64,000 nucleotides of DNA, taken from positions 345,147-409,146 of the forward strand of contig JALDTO010000155.1 in the NCBI GenBank assembly GCA_023515725.1, written 5' to 3'. Made by a program: the position numbers and the translations under genes. Under the pieces are notes generated by a model. The model searched no databases. It saw only the letters and a program-made list of their open reading frames with translations, and had not been told where the DNA came from. Origin of the DNA: Amoeboaphelidium protococcarum X5 (lineage: Eukaryota > Fungi > Aphelidiomycota). Of the stretch, positions 54,088-64,000 are shown in pieces (position 1 is the stretch's first letter; every line of letters starts with the position of its first letter).

Positions 54088-56868
54088 TCAAAATTAATTA
54101 TAAGATTGCGTCTCATCTTTCAATACTTGAAGTAGGAGCGTGGCAAACTCATAATCTTTAATGAGAGAGTAATCAAAGCTGATGTCCATCTCTTCAAAAA
54201 CATTATCAATCTTCCAGCTGATGACTTCAATTAACAAACTACCACAATCTATTTCACTCGGCACACCAAAGAAGGAGCACTTGGAGCGATTGAAGTGAAG
54301 CCACTCAGGTAAAGCACGACCATCAGCCATCCGAGCGGTAAATCTCATGAGAGCTTTAGGCATTGGTTCTGAGGAAGAGTGACAGGTATGATGATGATCA
54401 GATGATGAAGATATAGAGGGATCACTTGATCTTGCATGGGAGGACTCATCTGTAATTCGGCTTCGACCAGTCTTGAATGAATCGGCTTACTGAGAGCGTT
54501 TCTTGTTAGCCTATCGCGCAGATAATTCGTTGAAGACTTCATCACTAAAACTAGAATTGTCCACAATACTACCATACAGTTTATAACGCTTATAACTTGA
54601 ATACGGATCATTGTGCCAATTAGTGGTTTCCGGTAAGAAATCACTTGAAGGAATAGGTGTCTGATAATCAGAATCTGATGAGGACCGGTATGGGATAAGA
54701 CATCCATGTCCACCACTGTAGCCTTGATAAGACGGAGATTTCTTCAGTAGTAGCTCATAAGGAAATTCATAATAGAATGCTTTACCACAGAAAGCCATTA
54801 CGCGGAGTTCGTTAGAATGTTCTGACATCAAAGTAGAAGTGCTAGGCATGGTACTACACGGTAAATTTACTACAGAGGAGCTGCGGGTTTAACGATTAGC
54901 CGCATGGTTTTGATGAATTAACACAGCATCCAGGCAATCAAAATTCGAGTTCGCTCCTATTGTCTATTATCCATCCACATCTGATATTTTACCACGAAAT
55001 TCATCTCCATCTGATGAAGATAAAAACACAGAGTCCTCCTTTTTACCGCGTCGAAATGTACTCCATAGAGAGGATTGACTTCTCTTTTACTAAACGATAA
55101 AGTAGAGAATCATGACTGCAATGATACCCAACAGCATTACTGAGCTAACTACAATCAATGCAATCTTCCAATTCTCTATAGATGTTGAAGTTTCTTAAAG
55201 ACCTTTGCCAGGCCTTTTATCAATGTTACGTTACAGATTCAAAGCATTGACTTACACGGGAACGGAATTATAACCACCAAAAGTATTCCAAACTTGAACC
55301 GTAAAGTAAGATGTAGAATTCTCAGACGGATATCCATAGACAGAGTTATTAGCGGCATCATAAACTAGCCAATTAGATGTCAGACCAGACACTCGATATA
55401 CCAACAAATCTTGTTATTCAAACAAATTAGCACGTTCTAGAGGATATACAAAGAATTGAGACACTTGAGCATTCACTTGAACGTTATCATCAGTCTTTAC
55501 GGCAATCTATGGAGGGGCATGTCCATTAACAGTCACATCAAACCGCTTAATGAAATCCCTATTACCAAACTTTGTAATGAGTTTAGCGCCAAGTGATAGA
55601 CTTGACTTGTTTGGTAAAGCTTTGCATACGACAGAATTAGTTCTATTCTAGGTATACTGCTATAATAATCCACAGTTGATCCAACTTGGGAGAGGCTCGC
55701 CGGCAGTAGTAAGAATGGACACTTGATCAGCTGCAACCCAGGAGGGAAGAGGTGTGATCACTTGCTATTATACCAGCGAAACATTATTCCAAACATTGAC
55801 GTTATCCGCATTAAGGTACTTTATACCATTAAAAAGGGTCCGCCTATCTTGTTCATATAATATTTAAAGAAGGATATAATGTTGATCAAAACTCTTGGAA
55901 CCATCCTCTTCCAATATCAACACGGAACTCTTTAAGGACTCGGATGGATCCAAAACAAATCCAGAAATCTTGCCACTACTGTCGTTAATCTTCAAGCCTC
56001 CAAATACACTTTAATCTTAGTAAATAATCTTAAATGACTTGCCGGGACGAGACTATTAGTCGATCAAAACTTCAAAATTGCCATTCCAATTTGTTATAGT
56101 TAACTTGACAGACTGAGTAGATGCTTTAGCATTACGCGGAAGAAGCAGCACAGGAATACTCAAATCTAGAACTGTGGACAGATTGTAAGCAGCAACAATT
56201 GCATTAAGCGATACTTTGATAAAATCAGACGATTTAAATAATTAAATTAAAGAGGTTTAATTAGTCGAAAGGCTGACGCGCTCAAAAGTGGGATCAAACT
56301 TTAACCATTTCGGCATACCAGCGGAAGCAGAAAGAGAGACATTGAATGAGTGATTGTCATCCAAGTCAATAGTGAGGCTAGGCAGAGTCCATTAATAATA
56401 TGCAGCATTAAGTATCAATCCGTCCTAGACAACTAAAGGAGGAGGTGAGAACGAGGAGACAGAAGGTGACACCAGGGATGACAAATTCGCAGTTTGCAAT
56501 TTGGATTCCAAAATTATCAATTTCTCTCCAGGCAAACGCGAAACGTTGAGATGAATTAAGACATCAGTTACGTTGAATCTATCCTAAACTTTGAGCCAGA
56601 CTAATGCTTTCCCATCTACAAATTTACCTTAATCCGGTACTTGAGCATTAAAAGAAGCAGCAATAGGATCAAACACAACCCATGGTGGAATTTGATGAGC
56701 AGTGACAATGCCTTTGGCGATTGTAACATTCTATGGCAGAATGTATCTCCATTCAGCTCGATGCAATAAATTCAATGTAATGTTGAGAGCAGACGATGCA
56801 GCACCCAAAAATTGTGTAAGTGCCAGTATCAAAACCAACTGTATAATATTCTATACAATGAGCAGCAT
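54088..56868 (-). CDS. Type I membrane protein with dystroglycan-type cadherin (CADG/He_PIG) repeats, Axl2-like, ~926 aa
   Basis: Signal peptide; repeated P.WL.FD motifs (IPPWVVFD, MPKWLKFD, NWLVYD, LPEWLHFN); TM helix near 55100-55170. Confidence 0.75.
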
Positions 56869-56914
56869 TGTGATAATGTAACAGTTGTACTGTTGTTGAA
56901 ACAATGAAGAAAGT

Positions 56915-56964
56915 ACGCGTTATAAAGTCTCAAGTTGGATTGTTTTCGCATTTTCAAGACGCGT
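56915..56964. promoter_or_regulatory. Paired ACGCGT (MCB-like) elements just upstream of the Axl2-like gene
   Basis: ACGCGT at 56915 and 56959, within 100 nt of ATG 56868; function is inferred only. Confidence 0.35.
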
Positions 56965-57101
56965 TTTTAATTGATCAAAACAAACGACCATCATTCAACG
57001 TGAAACAACTATCTATCTACCTTACAGCACATTATTATAACTGGTAAAATTTAGAATACAACTGCAGTAATATTCATCACTCCTATCAAATTGATACACT
57101 A

Positions 57102-59326
57102 TCAGTAATCTTCATCGATGTTATCATCACCGCCCTTCTTTGCATCGAAGCCGTGATTGATCTTTTGATTGCGATACATGTCTGCGACCTGCTCCGGACT
57201 GGTAGACTGTTCCGGGCCTTTATCGTCTCTAATGCGAACGAAGCGAGGAAATCTCAATGATATGCCTTTCGCAGGATCAACTAGTCCTTTCGCTGCCGTG
57301 TAAACCGGAGAGATGGACAGATCAGCAGTTTTAACTTCCCACACTTGCACCGGTTCTAGCCATACATCCGGTTTAACACCTTCACCAAAAGTATAATACG
57401 ACTTTGGGTCAGAGATAACGTGATCTTTGAAGAAGGTGGTGTGCTTTGCCAGATCATCTTCACTGAATCCAGTAGCAATCTTACTGATGGTCTGATACTC
57501 TTCGCGTTCAGGATCAAAACATGCTAGTAAGAAGCCACCAAATCCACCGGTCCTCTTACCTTTGCCATGATAAGCTCCGACAACCACCAGGTCCAAGGAA
57601 TCGCCAACGCCATCCAAGTAATCCTTTTTTACTTTCAACCAATTACGCGATCGCTTAGACGGTTCATAAGAGGAATTCTCATCCACAGTCTTCACCATCA
57701 AACCTTCGCAATTGCCAGCCACAGATTCATCCAAGAACATTTAAATATCTTCAATTGTGTTACCATCCTGATGTTTAGCAAACGTAAACTCACCCTCAAT
57801 TTCATTAAAAGACTCATACAGCATACGTCTTCGCTCGGCAAAAGAATGTCGGACCAGAGATTAACCGTTCAGATAGAGGAGATCAAAAGCAAATAGACAA
57901 ACCTGAATTTTTATATCTTCAGCCGAGACATCCTTTCGCTTTCTGGTACTAAGAACCTAAAATGGAAGAATCTACTTCTTCTCTCTATCCCAAGCCACGG
58001 CCTCGCTGTCAATGACAAAACTGCTAACATCAGCCTTAGGAGCCTTATTCATAGCTGCCACAATATCTGGGTATTTTTCGCTCATATTCTCCTAATTTCT
58101 ACTAAAGATTACAACCTTGCCTGGAGACAGTAGATGAATCTATGCTCTCTCACCATCATACTTGTATTCACAAGTAAATGGAACTCCATCAAATCTATCC
58201 AAGACTTCAGATATAGCCTTTGTAGGATGAGCCAGCATGGGCTTCAGAGGAATACCAGGTGTAAGTTTACAACTATCCTCAAGACTCTCGTGTCCACTCT
58301 CCAGCAGAACCGGAACAATCCGCTCGTACATTGGCACTTCACTATATACTTGTTTAACCACCTCAACAGCCTAACTTAACTCTCCTTCTAAATCCTATCG
58401 CTTCAATTCAGAATTTCGACTCAGCACAGATGCATGAGCCAACGCAGTCAGAACTGAAGCTTCAGCGAGTCCAATTCTCAACTTTCCCTCCAACATTCTA
58501 ATGATAAACTTTGTCTCATTATCGCGACATGATACCAGTAGAAACTTGATCTTGTCAATCTTCTTTTGCATTGAAGAGTGACCGGTGATCTTTGATATCT
58601 CAGTAAGAGTCTTGAACACTGTCTATACTGTCAGAGGCTTTGGTTAGAACATGGTAGGCTAGTTGTTTCTGCACTGCTGAGCGACAGAACCGAGATCTCC
58701 CAAACTATGCATCTCCGCCTTAATCTTGGGAATGGGACGCCCTGTAGCAGAAGCAATGGCTTTAATGAGCACCGTCTCACCGATTCCGAGTTCTGCAGCC
58801 TCCCATGTCGGGCCAATGCGATTAATACACAGATAAATGACACTAATCAAATCTTTGGGATTATCACGGATAACTTTGACAAAGAATGTGGTGAGAATCT
58901 CCAGAATGGCCAATCTCTTGGAAGTCCCTTCGATCTCTTCAAACGTCTGTGACAATTCACTAAAAGCAGTCTACTTCTTGCCCTGTGACTACTAAGGACT
59001 AGAAGGTGCATGTACCTAGAACTTGCCTTCTTTCAATTCACGCGCCAAAGCAGCAGACTCGGCTTTATCCAGGTCAGTTTCACTCTTAACAACGTCATTA
59101 TCACCATCTTATAGACGATTAATCTTTTACTTCTTCAGCGACACTTCTTAATCTTGCGATTACTGAGATGATTGCACTTACTTTCCATCAGCAGACCCAA
59201 AATACGAACTACAAAACACTATGATATTGTTAATTTCGTATAACTACATAAAAACTACATAAAAAAATACCTAATGTCAGCTTATCGCTTCTACGAGCCA
59301 CCTTTCCCGCTAGATGTAGTCATCAT
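57102..59326 (-). CDS. CDC9: DNA ligase I; intron 59209-59270
   Basis: PIP box (TAA=Q)[24 protein letters not shown](TAG=Q)IH, EGLMVK, SLRFPRF. Confidence 0.97.
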
Positions 59327-59496
59327 AAACTAAGACGAAATGCTAATGTTCCTGCTTTGAGAATATAGAATTAAAGGGGAGAAACTATTCTAGTAATAGG
59401 ATGAATAAGATATCACTCCAAAAGTACAATTATTATTAAAACAACGTCTCAATGGTGGTAATAGTAATACAGTCCTAGCCAAAGATACTCGGCGCG

Positions 59497-60435
59497 TCAC
59501 TGCGAGAAACATTTCACAAAGGAGGAACGAACTTGTTTCAGAAACGCGCTAAAGTCTCTCGTTTTATTCAGAATGGACACGAGAACGAGCATATTGTCCA
59601 GAGATGGCTAGCATTACGTGACTACATCACATTTTACGTGAAATTGGATGATAATTGATCTTTAAAATGTTGTAAATCTTACCTTGATAATCGCTGTCAG
59701 ATAGATTCAAGATGAATGTACATTCTCTGCCAGGATCTTGAGGGTCGATGTTTGTATAGATGAATTTCATCTCATTGCCTACACTCGATCACGATTGATG
59801 ATAATAGAGAAACTGATTTAATATAAGCTTACTCTGTACGCCAATAATCTTTAACGCAAGATATTTCTCGAAAGCTTGCAACTCTGGTAAATTTTTAGCA
59901 TTCTCTTTCTCTTACAATGCGCGCTGTGCTTTCAAGTCTACAATCCACGAGCGTGACTGACATCACCCTAGAACAATAATAAATTACCTCTCTCTAATAA
60001 CAGATGCTGTTCTTTCAATTCCTAGTTCAGTCTCAACAAACTATCGTGATGACTTTGCAACTATCCACATTACTCCTCCAATTCAACCATATCGTTCTCC
60101 AGATTGGATAAAACAATTTCATTTTACTCGAATTCTACACTAATTCATATGTATGATATTGAATGATATAAAAACAACATACCTTGTTTCTTATTGAAAA
60201 TCGAGTACTATGCTTGATCATTCTGCTCCTCTAGCAGTCGAATCTGTTGACGAATATTTTCTACCTGGTGCAAATGTGAAGTTTTGCCAGACAGCACCAG
60301 TCGTTTCTACTTGCCAATCCAGTCATCAAACTCTTTCGTCAAGGCAGCCATTTACTCAAAACTCTTCTCAAAGTCAATAAGAGTATCCTATCTCTGAGGC
60401 ATTATCATGGTCTTTCTGCTTTTTGGTGTAAACAT
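59497..60435 (-). CDS. SPC25: Ndc80 kinetochore complex subunit Spc25, 4 introns
   Basis: Coiled coil, then FEKYLALKI..MKFIYTNIDPQDPGRECTFIL..C.P.L..LNKTRDFSAFLKQVR; missed by the ORF track. Confidence 0.88.
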
Positions 60436-60861
60436 TTTCAGAGTAATGGCTTATACAGTATGTCTTTGAGTTTATAATGTGGAAGTAAGGATAGCCTTAT
60501 GAAAGTTGAAACACAAAGCATTAAATCAAAGAAAGCAAACTACATAAGACTGAGCTTTCTGAAACGCGTTCTCAATGCTCATCATTACCATGGTACTTGG
60601 CTATGATTATCATTAACTATCAATGAGGTACCAGTGGTATTAATTATTTTGCAATCATCTGAAATAAACACTGAGTACTTGATAATATCGCCGCCTTTAA
60701 CTTGCATATTATTGACCAATCAGTCAGTGATATGCTGAGTGCAAGATAAATTGCGAAGGCATTCCAATCTGGAATTTTATAATTAAATGCTCCAAGTCCC
60801 ATCAAAAAGCAATTTTACAACTAGATAAAAGATAGCGTGTCAAAAAGAAATCAAAGTAATA

Positions 60862-61872
60862 ATGATCTAAGGACAAGGTTTGATGCAGTAACTGCCTGAT
60901 GAAATATTGATCAAAATATTTAGCTGCTTGAAAGATGAGCATAAATCTTTTGATATGTCTTCGCACAACGATCTGGCTAATCTGGCGTTGTGTTGCAAAG
61001 CTTTTAATGGTGCCGCTAATGAATTAATGTGGACTTCTCCATCTCTGACTAGGATGTCATAACTGAAGGCATTGCTGTAGGCCGTCAATAGCAGTCGCGT
61101 CACTGGAGCCTGCATTCCTCTGAAACAATTGCACATTGATTACTTTCTAGCCAGGCACTTGAGACATTAGCATATTTCCCAGATTGTAAGAGCCTGTGGT
61201 GAAAGTATCAAATCTATTGTACTTCCTACACAAAGTGCGCGTCGCTCTAGCTCATTGACATCTGCAGAGTTGGATAATAATGCTGAGAGTGAACTGTTAA
61301 ACACTGATGATTTACATCACACTGGTAATCACGCCAGTCAATCTAGAAAGCTTTGCACTGATACGCTTACGGAGATAGCGAATAACTGCCCCAACTTAGT
61401 ATCCATCTCAATTGAAGACTGCGCTGCAAATGCTGTTTATGGAGAGCGTGGATTCTAGGCTCTGCTTTCAAATTGCCGAAAACTGACCAAAGTATCGTTC
61501 ATAAATTGTGTTAATCTTACAGAAGCTGCTCTTATGTAACTGCAACCATTAGGAGGAGAATATAAGCGCGTTATTGATACTCTCTTTCTCGATGGATGTG
61601 AATAGATATCTAATCAGTGTCTGCATCATCTGGCGACTATGATCTCTATCAGAAATAAGCGCGTGATTAGATGTTAGACTGCGATTGATCTAATTGAGCC
61701 TAATTCTATTGCTCAACAATTGTCTCATTTATAGCAGACGGCCATGGGAATCAATGGGATTATGTAACGCCTAGAGTTAGCTGAGGTGGAAGGAGCTGCG
61801 TCGCAAGTGGCACTGCGCGAGATTACAACATAGGCAGATGATGTAGTGTTTGCCTCAGCGCTGTTCGGTTGA
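60862..61872 (+). CDS. F-box/LRR protein, 336 aa
   Basis: LPDEILIKIFSCL..LALCCKAF F-box; cysteine-containing LRRs NCPNLVSISIEDC and NCRKLTKVSFINC. Confidence 0.85.
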
Positions 61873-61937
61873 TAGAATAGTTAGGTGATTAAATATCATG
61901 TTGAAAAAAATGTATACACATAGAGTTTCATTTATAT

Positions 61938-62600
61938 TCACTATTTACTTGTGAACTAATCTTCCACCACAGGAGAAGCGGACGGTGCTTCTTATGACTC
62001 GACAGCCTCCTGAAAAGATGGCGGATTAGCCGGTACGAGAACTGTATGGTCGGACTGAACGGTTGAAGAGTATTACGGAAGCTATTCTTCTTACTGATTC
62101 TATGGAGTTACGGAGCCTAGCAGAGAAGTAGTCACATATGTGTACAGACTGTAAAATTCTTACGCGCCACCCTTCTTGAAATGCAGCGATAGATTACCAG
62201 GAGCCCTGAGACCACCACCAGGATAAGGTATAACTAGCGCTTGAACATCTTCGCCACCAATCAACGAGCGACTCAACGTTAAACTCTACAGATACTTGCC
62301 ATCAGGCGGGTTGATGTTGCGTTCAAGAGGAATATCGAGGCTTTAGAACTGTTTCTAAGGTGGCATACAAAAGTAAACCAGGCGAATATTGGTAAGATAT
62401 AGAACACCTTCATCAGCCAAGTACATGCCACCTACGCCAGGATATCCCCCACCTTGTTCCAAAGTCAATCTAATGTGCCGAGATGTGCAGAAGATTTTCT
62501 CATTAGGAAACGTATTAAGCAATGGCTCTGCCAAAAATGAGCTACTGCTTGATTAGCTGCTACTTTCAGCCTGTTACACGGCAGATGCCCGATTGATCAT
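61938..62600 (-). CDS. WBP2: WW-domain binding protein 2 (PH-GRAM plus PY-like motifs), 220 aa
   Basis: GVLYLTNIRLVY, PGGGL, LHFKKGGAQEF, LPQY and PPSF tail. Confidence 0.75.
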
Positions 62601-62808
62601 AATTGTATGTAACTGTGACGATTAAAGACGCGTGCAAAAAGTAACAAGTGAAGCCACAATGTGAAGATCTCACCAAGTAAAAATCAAGATCAACGCGTGA
62701 ACAACATCATAAAAACAATCTGTGAATTCAAGGCGTCAATTAATAAGACTAATAAAAAGTAGATTATCTTTCATAAACGTGTTTATATATTTACGTTCAG
62801 TTGCGAGT

Positions 62809-63155
62809 TCAAGCCTTAACAACCTTCTTTGCAACGGTTCCTACAAATCATCATCAAGTGCAAATTATTAAGAATCCGATTATCTACACTCTGATTAACA
62901 ATATAAAATCTCACCTTCACGGAAACCATTCTTAGCACGACGTGGGATAGTCTTCAAATAACGCATTCTACCAGTACCGGTAGTCTTTCTGCGCTGTCCC
63001 TTCTCACTCCAGTTATATGATCGAATCTTTGCAGCTGGGTATCCACACTGTGCGCAAGTCTTCTTCTAATTGTGATAAGCGCGATGTCCACAACGGCGAC
63101 ACAGCGAGTGAGTCTTTGTATGTCTCTTACCAAAAGATGTAGTACCCTTCGTCAT
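62809..63155 (-). CDS. RPL37: 60S ribosomal protein L37 (eL37); intron 62841-62914
   Basis: [20 protein letters not shown](TAG=Q)[23 protein letters not shown]. Confidence 0.97.
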
Positions 63156-63338
63156 TTTATATCTACTACGTGTACAGAAATAGTGTAATTCCGAGGAAAA
63201 TACCAGCTGACTACTAATCTCTTTAGCACTGCGAACGCGAAAATTCAAAAATCAAGAATTCGTAACCGACCGAAGGCGATCGCGCCCCAAAATTCTCTCG
63301 TCCAACGCGTTTCGTCACTATTACGCTACCTCACACAG

Positions 63339-64000
63339 ATGAACCTGGATTTTATAGTAGTGAGTACCTGTGTATAACATTAATAATATCTGATATGAAT
63401 ATATTGACGCGTTCAATTGCTCAGAATTCGCGATGCTTTCCTTCTGTTAGACTATAAATGTAGTCAAGGCTTTATAATAAACAATATGATCCTTCTAAAT
63501 TGCCACTGACACACTAGCTATAAAAATCCAAAGGTGGTAAAAGTCTAGACTGGCTGCACATCAAGCCTGATCCTCCAGCTATGCCAAAGATACTGCTGCA
63601 TAATGATATCACAATTACCTCATCGAAAGACGCGAACACTTCTGCTGTATTTTGTGAAATATTCAGACCAAAGCCTCTGTATGAGCATGTTTAGTAGATT
63701 TCTGAATCTGGCTAAATGTCTACTGTGAATAAAAATTGGAACAAGATTCTTCCACCTGTCGCGTATGATCATCATGGAAAGTACAAACCTCGCGATCTCA
63801 CACCAGAAGAGTTGTAGTAGATTTTAAAGCTCAATTCGGAAGACAGGATAAAATACAGACCTTCTAGATTAGGACTCAAGTTCAAATGTAGCAAAGAACA
63901 GGTGGCAAAGATTATTCAAGCGCATCGCATGTCATTTAACAAACCTCATTCTCGGCGATGGAAATGGTATTATGGAAAGAAGTATGCCTCATTCCGCGTT
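63339..64000 (+). CDS. Mitochondrial ribosomal protein mL58/MRPL20-like, runs off the window end; start exon uncertain
   Basis: ILPP..DLTPEELQQILKLNSED...RLGLKFKCS resembles MRP-L20; putative intron 63360-63424. Confidence 0.55.

Overview
Gene-dense eukaryotic chromosomal DNA: about 36 protein-coding genes in 64 kb, short GT-AG introns (47-79 nt where mapped) and fungus-like proteins. The dominant signal is a non-standard nuclear genetic code. TAA and TAG occur in frame throughout conserved genes at positions that are normally Gln, and every gene I could trace to its end stops at TGA (translation table 6, UAR=Gln). The supplied ORF track is therefore fragmented, and many of its ORFs are shadows. 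Fungus-like genes plus this code point to the aphelid Amoeboaphelidium protococcarum or a relative (inference). Re-read with UAR=Gln, the window encodes CDS1, tropomyosin, NDUFB2, meiotic HOP1 (HORMA-PHD-wHTH), BIN3/MEPCE, a PRAS40/Lobe-like protein, a P5B-ATPase, PRMT1, RPR2, Hsp110, RAD17, EF-hand GPD2/GUT2, calcineurin B, VTI1, a His-to-Gln group XII PLA2, EFM4, a HET-C protein, a small secreted protein, a decayed aspartic protease, TAF4, NDUFAF2, metacaspase, INTS3, NPRL2, ACY1, an Axl2/CADG protein, DNA ligase I, SPC25, an F-box/LRR protein, WBP2, RPL37 and a partial mL58. Apparent side-effects of the code are visible: TAG-encoded poly-Q tracts, tandem TGA stops, and stop-less 3n introns. 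No rRNA, tRNA, CRISPR array or intact mobile element was recognised. All family assignments are from manual motif recognition, not database searches.
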